Positions 49,701-61,438 are shown, counted from the stretch's first letter. The stretch: DNA of 64,000 nucleotides from Hemiscyllium ocellatum (GCF_020745735.1 NC_083406.1:103641164-103705163); one strand, 5' to 3'. Numbers and translations are program-made. The notes: generated by a model not told the origin, from the sequence alone.

Positions 49701-50879
49701 AGTACTGATCATTGCTGACAAACACAACAAGCTGCCTGGCTTTCCATCTGCAACAAAACACATGGCAAGACAGAACCATAGTGCGCCTGTAAGTTATGAA
49801 TGAAGCAGCAATGCTCTAAAAATCAAGGAAAGGCAAGACAGGGATGCTGTGAGTATCCAGGCAAATGCAAATTGAGTCCAAAGAAGACAATGTTGGCCAG
49901 GAGCTGCTCACACATAGAAACAGCAGCTTGTGAACTCAAGTTACCTGAGCCCCAGCTACTTTCAACAAGTTCAAATCAGGTCAGCTCAGAGGAAAACAAG
50001 GGAAGTGACATAAGGTAGAAATCGTTACTTTGTGGGAGAGTAATGAGGTAACATTAATGGTGTCCTTGGGCTGGAGATTATGATGAAAAGACACAGGCTT
50101 GCCAGATGAGCCAGAATCAACAAGAGTAAGACACCTCAGTTTGTAAAGATAAAAAGAAAGGATAAAAATGAAGGATTTGGGGTGTGCCAGCAATAAAAAT
50201 GCCAGAGATCAACCTTTACGAAAGTGGAGGACCTTATGCCTGGAAGCACGGAGATTATATCAATGAACTGAGGGATCACCTGGCCAATGTGAGCTACTGT
50301 TTTTGAGTATTTAGTCTTTATTTACGTTGACTGGTCAGGGAACACCAGAGAAACTTATTGGTTGTGCACATAGATTTTAGTCTCGTATGAATTGCTTGCC
50401 TGTTTTTAACCCTTTCTTAACCAAACTGTGTGAATTGCATTTCTATTTTAACTAACCAATAAAGTTGATTGTTCATTGATACAGATTTGACATTTTTCTT
50501 CTTTGTGCCGAACCAATATTATTGTTGAGGACGGAAATCAGGCAAAAGCAATCTAAGAGCCCAGAGGTGCATCTTGTTCCGTTGCATGAGATGGATACCT
50601 GTTTCTGCACGTAAGGTGGCCTGTTAACAGCATTACAATGAAAGATGTTGATGAGGCCCAAAATGTGGTGCAGAAGTGTTGCATTGAAGTGTAATGCCAG
50701 TGAGTCTGAAAGGTGCCATTCTGATATGATGAGGCTGATGCTTTGCCAACGTCAATCTCCTGGACTGAGAGTGCACGTGGTTGCTGCCCTGTGTTTTTAG
50801 TTTACCCTGAGAATTTGGGGAATGATGGAAAAAAATGGAGATGTGGAGATGATGCTAGAGGCCTGTGGTTACTTGGTAA

Positions 50880-50982
50880 TACAAAACAAAAACAAATTGC
50901 TGGAACAACTCATCAGGTCTGGCAGCACATGTGGAGAAAGAGAAGAGTTAATGTTTCAGGTCCAGTGACCCTTCTTCAGAAC
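50880..50982 (-). mobile_element. Penelope-type mini-element with hammerhead core
   Basis: The minus strand reads CTGAAGA-A-GGGTC-ACTG-GACCT-GAAAC (core 50979-50953), followed by the same downstream sequence as other copies. Confidence 0.65.
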
Positions 50983-51059
50983 CAAGTAACTGTTCTGCCT
51001 TTCATATTGGAAATTGACGCTGTCTTATTTCTCTCTAATAGGAAAATAGCAACCATTTT

Positions 51060-52470
51060 TTAAAATAGAAGTGGGATTAGGCCATTCAACTCTTTGATCC
51101 TGATACACCATTCATAGAGTCATACAGCGCGGAAACTTATACTTTGGTCTAATTCATCTGCGCCAACCAGATATCCTAAAATAGCTAGTCCCATTTGCCA
51201 GCATTTGGCCCATATCCACATAAACCCTTCTAATTCATGTATCCATCCAGATGCCTTTTAGACATTGTAATTGTACTTGCTGCTACCGCCTTCCCTGGCA
51301 TACATGTATCACCCTCTGTTAAAAAAGTTGCCACTCAGGTACCTTTTAAATATTTCCCCGCTCACCGTAAAATGATGTCCTCTATTTTGGACTTCCCTAC
51401 CCTGAGAAAAGACTTTGACTATTCACCTTATCCATGCCCCTCATGATTTGATAAACCTCTATTAACCTCACCCTTCAGCCTCTGACACTCTAGGGAAACC
51501 AGCCCCAGCCTACTCAGCCTCTCCCTATGGTTCAAACCATCCCAGCAATATCCTCGTAGATCTTTTCCAAACCATGTCAACTTTAACAACATTTTTCCTA
51601 TAGCAGGAAGACCAGAATTGAATGCAGTATTCTTAAGGTCACCTCTCCAATGTCCTGTTCATGACATCCCAATTTCTATACTCAATGCACTGGCTAATGA
51701 AGGCAAGAGTACCAAATGCCTTCCTCACTATCCTGTCTACCTGTGACTCACTCTCAAGGAACTATGCACCTGCTCCCCTGGGTTCCTCTGTTCAGCAACA
51801 CTCCCCCAGGACCTTAACATTAATTGGATAAATCCTGTCCTGGTTTGCCTTACCAAAATGCAATACTTCACATTTATCTAAATTAAACTCCATCTGCCAC
51901 TCCTGGGCCCATTGGCCCATCTGATCAAGATCCCATTGTACTTTGAGATAATCTTCTTCACAGTCACATTCACTATGATCATCACTGATCATCCCATTCA
52001 ATATCCTGTTCCTGCTTTTCTCTGTATTCTTTGATCCTTTTAGCCTCAAGTACTATATCCAACTCCTTCTTGAAAGCATGCAATATTTTAGCCTCAACTA
52101 CTTTCCGTGGTAGTCAATTTCACAAGCTCACCACTGTCATCTCAGTCCTAAATTGTTTTATTAGACGGCAATCCCGGTTCTGGACTCTTGGCCATTGAGA
52201 ACATCATTTTAGCAGCTAAGCTGTATAGTCCTGTTAGCATTTCATTGGTTTCTATATTGCAATAAAAATGTTGATTATCCTTCATTTTTTTGAACTCCAG
52301 CAAATATAATCCTAATTGATTCAACCTCTCCTTGTATGTTAGACCCGTTATCTCAGGAATTAGTATGGTAAGTCTTCACTGCATACCCTCTAGAACAAGT
52401 TCCTCAGATACAGAGACCAAAACTGCATATAATAATCCAGATGCGGTCTCACCAAAGCCCTGTATAACTG
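51060..52470 (-). mobile_element. Stacked CR1 3' fragments
   Basis: WAQEWQMEFNLDKCEVLHFG (ORF 51792..52049); tail at about 51112-51125. Confidence 0.8.
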
Positions 52471-54139
52471 AGGTGATGAGATTGGGTATTGTTGAGATAT
52501 TAATGCATGCAAATAGGCCCTTCACTGGTGAAATTCTCAAATATCTCTGGAAACCTTCAGGAGAAAATTGGACATTTTTTTCTTGACTTGGAATGTCTCA
52601 GTATTTTCATTCATACTTATTATTTTATTCACCTTTGCCTTTTTTGTTTAGAGGTCAAGAAAGTTTCACCTACATGACAGCGACAAGTGGTATCACATGA
52701 ATTACACACAAAGTGAACTTGAAAGATAAGTGGATTTTAAATATGTATAAAAGTACAAGATTGTGTCCACTAGTACAGGTGAAAAAAATGTGGATGGAAT
52801 GATCAATCATTTCTTGAAATCCGCATCAATGTAAAGTTTGTATCAGCAGGACAAATTAAGTGCTGTCACACATTTCAAATGCTTTTTATCTCAGGCTGTA
52901 TAAGGCCTCTCCAACTTTTTTGTGTAGCCAAATATGGAAACTAACAACTCTAGGTTTCAACCTTTAAATGTACATTATAGATTAGAGACTTCATGTCATT
53001 GTACCGAGCTGATTCTTATTTTGGCTAAGTATGAATTGCATCAAGTTTTTTGGAGGGCTTTTCACCATGAGTTGTAGCAAGATTTCTCATGAATCCTACA
53101 AAGTCGCATAGCTATTCCACTCCTATAGTGCCCCTTTCTTCTGATTCCATCCACATCTTGCTACGTGCCATTCCTGGAACAACCTGCCTCTCAGCAGATA
53201 TCTGCCAAAGGACTGGCTTCCCCGTTCCATCTTTGAAAGGCCACTGTGCACCCGGACAAGCATTGGCAATCAAGCATTGCCCCTAACCAGCAAAGTAATG
53301 GCACAACAGCCAGAAAACGACATTCCTCACAGCATAGAGTTGGCACGGCTGATGTTCCCTTGCACAAACAACATCAGTTTCTCATCTTCATAGCTGTTAA
53401 ATTAAAAGGCCATGCAGATAACCTGTCTGTAGCTACATCCCATCTAATACCCACTCTAAACCACCACTACTCTGTCCCCAGTGCCTGCTCCTTGGTCTCA
53501 ACACTAGCATCCTGCTGCTTGGGCTTGCTGTTGGACCTCATTCTCCTGTAATCGCCTTTGTCTTCCTGGGAAAGCCAACGCAGGAAACAACATCCCAGTG
53601 GCTGGGTGCAAGACTTTTACTGGAAATGACCAATATTAGGGACTAAAGAATCAGAATATATATCTAGGTCTCAGAGGAGTCAATGGTTATGTACCCTGCA
53701 GATGAGGGATGCAAGCATTCCTCCATACAGTAAGACATGCTGCACCCTGACAACAAGAGCCATGTCTTCACCATTCATCAGCTTCTGCCTCAGTGTGTGC
53801 ATCAACTTGATGTAGGAGTCATTGCAGGCTGACGAACCAACAAATTACAATAAAGAGAGTGGCTGCTTTTCTCTGAACTCCTTCCCAATCCAATTCTATA
53901 TTAATATTTCAATATTTCACTGAATTCAGAAAAGACTATTGTTAGACTTTCATGACAGATAGTGAAACAATGGTCTCTGGGTCCCACAGTGTGACAAGTT
54001 TCACAAGGTCACCTTTAGCCAGCATTCACCTCTTTTTAAGTCAGTGCTGCTAATTTCAGTATCATTCAGAATCCTGCATATTGCAAATAAACCTTGGCAT
54101 GATTGTAACTTATATGAAGCTGGGACTCGATGGACTCAT

Positions 54140-54500
54140 TGAGTCATAGAGTCATACAACATAGAAACAGACCCTTCAGTCCAACCAGTCCCTGCTGAGG
54201 ATAATCTCAAACTAAACTAGTCCCACCTGCCTGCTCCTGGCCATATCACTCGAAACCTTTCCTACTCATGTACTTATCCAAATGTCTTTTAAAAGTTGTA
54301 ATTGTACCCACATTCATCATTTCCTCATGAAATTCATTCATTCTTTCTAAAAGATTTGCCCTCATGTCTTTTTTTTCAAATCTCTCTCTTCTCACCTTTA
54401 AAATGTTCCCTCTATTCTTGAAGTCTCCACATCCTAGGAAAAAGACAACTACCATTAACCCTATCTATACCCCTCATTATTTTCTAAACCTCTCTATGTA
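54140..54500 (-). mobile_element. CR1 (HER1-like) 3' end
   Basis: FKRHLDKYM.RKG; (GACTCTAT) tail. Confidence 0.85.
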
Positions 54501-57192
54501 TTTGCTTCTTCGATATCCTAGTGTCCTAGAATGTGGATCCTGCACTCACGTCCATCAGTAATGCTGTCTCCATCACCCTGAGCTGTGTCCCAGCCATTTT
54601 CTAATTGCATTTCACTCTAGAAAATGGCAAGTAATGGCAGGGCCAAGCTCCACGTGGTCATGGGTATCCCTCCAGAGCCTCCAAATCATCTTTTACCTCG
54701 TTCTACCTGACAATCCGTTTTCACTAATCACCTCCCATTTGGAGACCCAGCACATTGAACTGCACCTCGAATTATCCTCCCTGTCCCTAAAGCTAATGTA
54801 ATACCTTAACAATGCCGACACTCCTTGACCTTCTCATTGTGGAGGCCTTAGAGGTGATGACTGCCAATAACACCCTCCTGAAGTTTGACCATGGTGAATA
54901 TTAGGTGAGTTGACATGGATACGGGACTGCAAAGAATGATGGTGGGCTTATGTGTTGACGTGCTAGCACTAAGTTTGCGTGGGGCTATATGGGGGAATTG
55001 TTTGTTATGGAGAAACAATAGAGGTTGGTACAATGGCTTAGGGTGGCTTGGGAGTACAGGGGAACATTGGGTGTATATAGGAGCACAGGATGGTATGTAG
55101 TTTATAAGGATTGGGATTGGGTGGATGCAGATCACTAGTGACATGATGAGAATGAATGAGGAACTGGCAGTGTATGTCAGAGAGAGGAGATACCAGAAGG
55201 TGGAGAGCTGTCTTTGGTTTCAATCATTTTGTTTTACTCTCTTATTCAGTTCCTGATCATACAGGCATGCCTTCCACCCAGCCTGCGTCTATGTACAGTC
55301 TTAGCTCTTGTTCCAAGGTCATCAATCCCATCTTCCAAGGAACTCTATCTCTCCAGAGCTAAGATCCATCTGCTTGGGTGAAGTTTTGAATTTGTGGAGC
55401 TGTGGAATGTCTTTTCTCTGCATTTCCACATCCGTGAATGGAAATTGGGCCCAAAGGTGTATCGTATATCCAGGTGACCAAACAAAAGGGGGTTAGGCAG
55501 TTTTCTGGGAATCATTTTTTAAAAATTCCTGATGTCCAGCAGAAATTCACTGAGCTAGATCACTGATGTTTACCATTGGATATCCATCTTACTCAGCACA
55601 TTAAGGTGTGTTTTGTACATTGATATTCCCTGAGAAGGAGCAGATTCATTTGATCAAATTATTTTATTTCATCCCATGAGCCTTTTAATTCTCGTTTTAT
55701 TATTCTTAAAAGAATCAATTCAAATATGGTAATGAGAAAATGTGAGACCACTGATTGGATTGATTAAGTGCTAGATAGAACAATGAAGTCTCAAAGCCTT
55801 GAAACATTCTGTAATCCACAGGGCTTCAAGAAATGACATTGTAGACTTGAATGTTGAATATTTAGACTTGTAGGTCTGACACAATCCAATCCCACTGGCT
55901 CTTTCTTTTTTATCCTCTGACTTATCTTTCCATTCTAAAAAATTATATTTCACATTATTCCTTCTATCATTTGAATTATTTCCTTCTCTGTTTCAAACAT
56001 TGGGATCTTGCTCTCATTTCAATGTGTATCAGAAATTTAATTCAACTGTGCCCTAGATTACTGAAAATTAATGAGGATTAAATTAATTTGGGTCTAAAGA
56101 AATAAATATCCATTTGATTTCAGCAGGGTCTAATTAGCTCTGCTCCATCTAAAACAATGAAACATTTTGCTTCAGCTTTGCACACCAGAGTGATTTTTTT
56201 AGGTCATTGTTAGCTAGAAGAATCCTGTTATAAACTGAATAATGCAGGGTGCAGGAGGTGGAAGAAGTTATTGATTACCCAGTACTGTAGCTGAAAAAAG
56301 TACTGAAAAAAGATTTTCCACTTGCATTCATTTTAGCCACCTTTCATAATCACCAACATAGACATTTTGTATGCTTGACCTTCCAATCTGTCAGGCAAAG
56401 AAACAGGGCAATGCTATTTAGCATTTCACATTAAAAAAACGTGAAAATGAATTGGGATGGAATCTTCTATAAAGGGAGACCAGAAAATCAACAATTGTGG
56501 GCTTTGGCAGATCATTTAATTATTAAATTGTGTAATTAATAGCACAGTTCATCAAATTTAAGAATTTAATGAATGGTACTTTTGTCATTTTAATAATGTG
56601 CTTTTGAATGGAGCATTAGTATTGTCAAAGAGAGTGTCAGTCTGGCTAAAAATTGAAATTTCTTTTAAGAAGAATTTGGAAGCTGCCAGTAATATCCAAC
56701 AAGGGCTCTGATCGTTTACAAAATTATACAGCTTGTCAGGAAATGTTACACAGTGACTGAATACATGATGAAACGAAATACATGAGTGAATGTAGTTACT
56801 AAAGGGAAAAATAATGATAATCTTTTAAGGTTTTATTTATATTTAATTCAAACTACTTGACATATAACAAATTGTATGGGTTTTTACTAATTCATGTGAC
56901 AAGAGTTGAAACTACAATATATTCCTCTGTGAGGGAATATTATTTTTGAAAGATTCTTATGGACATGGAGGTTTTCTAAATCATCTTGATCCACCTTCCA
57001 AAACAGCCAAACAACATTCTGCCTCCAGCCATTATTACATTATTCTTGAGTTTTGTTTATCTAGAAACCAAATTCAAGTTTCTCCATGAAGAAGTTTCAA
57101 AGTTATTCTACATAGAACATAGAACATAGAAAAATACAGCGCAGTACAGGCCCTTCGGCCCTCGATGTTGCGCCAATCCAAGCCCACCTAAC

Positions 57193-59961
57193 CTACACTA
57201 GCCCAATAACCTCCATATGCCTATCCAATGCCCGTTTAAATGCCCATAAAGAGGGAGAGTCCACCACTGCTACTGGCAGGGCATTCCATGAACTCACGAC
57301 TCGCTGAGTAAAGAATCTACCTCTAACATCTGTCCTATACCTACCACCCCTTACTTTAAAGCTATGCCCCCTCATAATATCTGACTCCATACGTGGAAAA
57401 AGGTTCTCATGGTCAACCCTATCTAAACCCCTAATCATCTTGTACACCTCGATCAAGTCACCCCTAAACCTTCTTTTCTCCAATGAAAACAGCCCCAAGT
57501 GCCTCAGCCTTTCCTCATATGATCTTCCTACCATACTAGGCAACATCCTGGTAAACCTCCTCTGCACCTGTTCCAGTGCCTCCACATCCTTCCTATAGTA
57601 TGGCGACCAAAACTGCACACAATACTCTAGATGCGGCCGCACCAGTATCATATACAACTGCAACATGACCTCAGGACTCCGGAACTCAATTCCTCTACCA
57701 ATAAAAGCTAGTACGCCATATGCCTTCTTCACAGCACTATTTACCTGGGTGGCAACTTTCAGAGATCTGTGTATATGGACACCATGATCCCTCTGCTCAT
57801 CCACACTACCAAGTATCCGACCATTAGCCCAGTACTTCATCTTCTTGTTACTCTTACCAAAGTGAATCACTTCACACTCAGCTACAGTGAACTCCATTTG
57901 CCACCTTTCTGCCCAGCTCTGCAGCTTATCTATATCCCGCTGTAACCTGCCACATCCTTCCTCACTGTCAAAAACTCCAGCGACTTTCGTATCATCTGCA
58001 AACTTGCTCACCCAACCTTCTAGCCCCTCCTCCAGGTCATTTATAAAAATGACAAACAGCAATGGTCCCAAAACAGATCCTTGCGGAACACTGCTGGTAA
58101 CTGCACTCCAAGATGAACCTTTACCATCAACTACTACCCTCTGTCTTCTTCCAGCCAGCCAATTCCTAATCCAAACATCCAACTCCCCCTCAATGCCATA
58201 CCTCCGTATTTTTTGCAGTAGCCTACCATGGGGAACCTTATCAAATGCCTTACTAAAATCCAAATACACCACATCAACCGCTTTACCCTCATCCACCTCC
58301 TTAGTCACCTTCTCAAAGAATTCAATAAGGTTTGTGAGGCACGACTTGCCCTTCACAAAACCATGCTGACTATCCTTGATCGCATTACTCCTATCCAGAT
58401 GTTCATAAATCCTATCCCTTACAATTCTCTCTAAGACTTTGCCCACAACAGAGGTAAGACTCACCGGTCTATAGTTACTATGGTTATCCCCACTCCCCTT
58501 CTTGAACAAGGGAACCACATTTGCTATCCTCCAGTCTTCTGGCACTATTCCTGTAGACAACAAGGACATAAAAATCAAGGCCAATAGCTCTGCAATCTCC
58601 TCCCTTGCTTCCCAAAGAATCCTAGGATAAATGCCATCAGGCCCAGGGGACTTATCTACATTCACCCTTTCCAGAATTTCCAACACCTCTTCCCTACATA
58701 TCTCAAAGCCATCCATTCTAATTAATTGTGACTCAATATTCACATCGGCAACAATGTCCTGTTCCTGAGTGAATACTGATGAAAAGTATTCATTCAGTGT
58801 CTCCCCAATTTCTTCAGCCTCCACACGCAATTTCCCACTACTATCCTTGAATGGACCTATTCCTACCCTCGTCATCCTTTTATTCCTGACATACCTATAG
58901 AAAGCTTTTGGGTTTTCCCTAATCCTACCAACCAAGGACTTTTCATGTCCCCTCCTTGCTGCTCTTAGCTCTCTCTTTAGATCCTTCCTGGCTACCTTAT
59001 AACTCTCAATCGCCCCAATTGAACCTTCACGCCTCATCTTTACATAGGCCGCCCTCTTCCCTTTAACAAGGGATTCCAATTCCTTATTAAACCATGGCTC
59101 CCTCACACGACTCTTTCCTCCCTGCCTGACAGGTACATACTTATCAAGGACACTCAGTAGTTGCTCCTTGAACAAGCTCCACATATCGATTGCACCCTTC
59201 CCTTGAAGCCTACTTTTCCAATCCACGCATCCTAAGTCATGCCTCACCGCATCATAATTTCCCTGCCCCCAGCTATAACTCTTGCCCTGTAGTGCACACT
59301 TATCCCTCTCCATCACTAGAGTAAAAGTCACCAAATTGTGGTCACTGTCCCCAAAGTGCTCACCTACCTCCAATTCTAACACCTGGCCTGGTTCGTTACC
59401 CAGAACCAAATCCAGTATGGCCTCACCTCTTGTTGGCTTGTCTACATATTGTGTCAGGAAACCCTCCTGCACACATTGGACAAACACCGTTCCATCTAAC
59501 GTACTCGAGCTATAGCTTTCCCAGTCAATATCTGGAAAGTTAAAGTCCCCCATAACAACCACCCTATTACTTTTACCCTTCTCCTGAATCATCCTCGCAA
59601 TCTTTTCTTCTAAGTCTCTAGGACTATTAGGAGGCCTGTAAAAAACTCCTAACAGGGTGACCTCACCTTTCCTATTTCTAAGCTCAGCCCAAACTACCTC
59701 AGATGGCGAGTCTTCATCCATCGTCCTTTCCACTGCTGTAATACTATCTTTGACAAGCAATGCCACACCTCCCCCTCTTTTACCACCACCTCTGACCCTA
59801 CTAAAACATTTAAACCCTGGAACCTGCAACAACCAATCTTGTCCCTGTTCTACCCATGTCTCTGTAATGGCCACAACATCGAAGTCCCAGGTACCAACCC
59901 ACGCTGCAAGTTCACCTACCTTATTTCGTATACTTCTCGCATTGAAGTATACACACTTCAA
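57193..59961 (-). CDS. CR1 ORF2 (APE endonuclease and RT), 922 codons open, no ATG at its 5' end
   Basis: YFNARS, ITETW, MGDFN, SDHN, SPGPDG, NYRPVSLT, DFSKAFDKVPH, PQGSVLGP, KFADD, LVRPHLEYC. The track start at 59961 is TTG, with an in-frame stop at 60024-60022. Confidence 0.93.
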   Translation of the reverse strand: MKCVYFNARSIRNKVGELAAWVGTWDFDVVAITETWVEQGQDWLLQVPGFKCFSRVRGGGKRGGGVALLVKDSITAVERTMDEDSPSEVVWAELRNRKGEVTLLGVFYRPPNSPRDLEEKIARMIQEKGKSNRVVVMGDFNFPDIDWESYSSSTLDGTVFVQCVQEGFLTQYVDKPTRGEAILDLVLGNEPGQVLELEVGEHFGDSDHNLVTFTLVMERDKCALQGKSYSWGQGNYDAVRHDLGCVDWKSRLQGKGAIDMWSLFKEQLLSVLDKYVPVRQGGKSRVREPWFNKELESLVKGKRAAYVKMRREGSIGAIESYKVARKDLKRELRAARRGHEKSLVGRIRENPKAFYRYVRNKRMTRVGIGPFKDSSGKLRVEAEEIGETLNEYFSSVFTQEQDIVADVNIESQLIRMDGFEICREEVLEILERVNVDKSPGPDGIYPRILWEAREEIAELLALIFMSLLSTGIVPEDWRIANVVPLFKKGSGDNHSNYRPVSLTSVVGKVLERIVRDRIYEHLDRSNAIKDSQHGFVKGKSCLTNLIEFFEKVTKEVDEGKAVDVVYLDFSKAFDKVPHGRLLQKIRRYGIEGELDVWIRNWLAGRRQRVVVDGKGSSWSAVTSSVPQGSVLGPLLFVIFINDLEEGLEGWVSKFADDTKVAGVFDSEEGCGRLQRDIDKLQSWAERWQMEFTVAECEVIHFGKSNKKMKYWANGRILGSVDEQRDHGVHIHRSLKVATQVNSAVKKAYGVLAFIGRGIEFRSPEVMLQLYMILVRPHLEYCVQFWSPYYRKDVEALEQVQRRFTRMLPSMVGRSYEERLRHLGLFSLEKRRFRGDLIEVYKMIRGLDRVDHENLFPRMESDIMRGHSFKVRGGRYRTDVRGRFFTQRVVSSWNALPVAVVDSPSLWAFKRALDRHMEVIGLV

Positions 59962-60073
59962 GTCACCTTCCTGTTTACAGGCACCCTCCTTCGAGATTGA
60001 TGTCTGGTTCCTAACCTCCCTTTAAGGTCCTGCACCTTAAAACTACAGTCTAGGTTCCCATGCCCCTGCAGAG

Positions 60074-60645
60074 TTAGTTTAAACCCCCCAAAAGAGCACT
60101 AGCAAACCTCCCCCCAAGGATACTGGTGCCCCTCAGGTTCCGGTGTAGACCATCCTGTTTATAGAGGTCCCACCTTCCCCAGAAAGAACCCCAGTTATCC
60201 AGAAACTGGAATCCCTCCCTCCTGCACCATCCCTGTAGCCACGCATTTAACTGATCTCTCTCCCTATTTCTTGACTCTCTATCACGTGGCACGGGTAACA
60301 AACCAGAGACAACAACTCTGCTTGTTCTAACTCTGAGCTTCCAACCTAGCTCCCTGAAAGCCTGCCTAACATCCTCATCCCTCTTCCTACCTATGTCGTT
60401 GGTGCCAATGTGGACCATGACTTCGGGCTGCTCCCCCTCCTCCTTAAGGACCCGGAAAACACGATCAGAGACATCACGTACCCTTGCACCTGGGAGGCAA
60501 CATACCAAACGTGAGTCTCTCTCGCCCCCACAAAACCGCCTATCTGTGCCCCGACTATCAAGTCTCCAATAACTATTGCTCTGCTCTTCTCCACCCTTCC
60601 CTTCTGAGCAACGGGGATAGGCTCCGTGCCAGAGGCCTGAACCCC
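60074..60645 (-). pseudogene. CR1 ORF1 SGNH/GDSL esterase domain, truncated and frameshifted
   Basis: VIGDL(S)IV block I (Ser replaced by Leu, TTG at 60561-60559), frameshift near 60550, then CLPGA, VHIGTND, DGLH, ending GGLN*. Confidence 0.88.
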
Positions 60646-61149
60646 ATTCTGTACTGGTTTAAATTTATGTGCCATTCTCCAAACCCATCATTTAATCCAA
60701 AGATACAAATATCAAGGTATAATCTAACGAAAATATCTTACAATTTGATCATGTCTTCCTGTGCCATGTTATAGTGTGTTTATGGCAGCACTGATAACTC
60801 GTATTACTAGCTTTATGGTGCCCTATATCAGCAAGGCGTAGTGCATATTGATCCTACTAAGAATCATTCTCTTTCAATATAATTTTTGACTCTTTAACAC
60901 AATTACAGATATTGCCCATTAATCATTCCTGTTAAATTTGTATGCATTAAATGTTATCAAAATGAATTAATGGAAGAAACATGGAGGTATCTATTTAATA
61001 GAGCTTGCTATTGATTGGAGAATGATGCTACCTGAAAACTTTCTTAATGAGATAATTCGTTTTGTCTGCAATACAGTATAGTGGTTATTATTGTCTGAAA
61101 TTGGATCAGCGATTGAAAAATTTAATTGACTGACTTGGAATGATGGATA

Positions 61150-61330
61150 ATGTTGCTGTATCCCATCATTTGCCCCACAGCGTAAAAGGCTACTTTGAGG
61201 GAAGGACGCGGTGACGTCTGGGAGTTGTAGTCTAATATAGGCTGGGCCCAATCGAAGTATAAAGAGCGTGACTACAACTCCCACGACCCTTTTCCGCGGG
61301 CCAGCGAGGCGCGTGCGCATTGAGTGGAGT
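61150..61330. promoter_or_regulatory. CpG-rich promoter with paired ZNF143/THAP11-type sites
   Basis: TGGGAGTTGTAGTC (61219-61232) and GACTACAACTCCCA (61270-61283), CRE-like TGACGTC (61212-61218), CCAAT at about 61248, and NRF1-like GCGCGTGCGCA (61309-61319). Confidence 0.82.
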
Positions 61331-61438
61331 CGGTGGGCGTTGAGCGGGATGGTTACTGCATCCGCCGCTGGTACTGGTCTATGTTTGTCGCCGGCGTGAA
61401 GGGGCAGGGAGGAGGGAGGGAAGAGAAGACAGCCCCAG
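61320..61438 (+). other. Putative first exon of an unidentified gene (5' end uncertain)
   Basis: Consensus donor CAG|GTAAGA at 61438/61439, directly downstream of the promoter motifs. Confidence 0.6.

Larger units (their letters stand above)
57110..60645 (-). mobile_element. Young 5'-truncated CR1 LINE
   Basis: Partial esterase ORF1, open EN-RT ORF2 and (TTCTATG)n tail at 57110-57131. Possible 5-bp TSD ATTCT at 57105-57109 and 60646-60650. Confidence 0.95.

Noticed and set aside
55771-55953. Minus-strand exon-like ORF (EWKDKSEDKKERASG...)
   Set aside because: An acceptor-like site is present, but there is no recognisable homology, donor or partner exon.
57887-60025. Plus-strand ORFs antisense to CR1 ORF2 (also those antisense to L1 at 5771-10728)
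   Set aside because: Shadow ORFs of the coding strand with no recognisable motifs.
60991-61320. 109-aa minus-strand ORF over the second promoter
   Set aside because: No recognisable motifs; it overlaps transcription-factor sites and is probably a chance ORF in GC-rich DNA.
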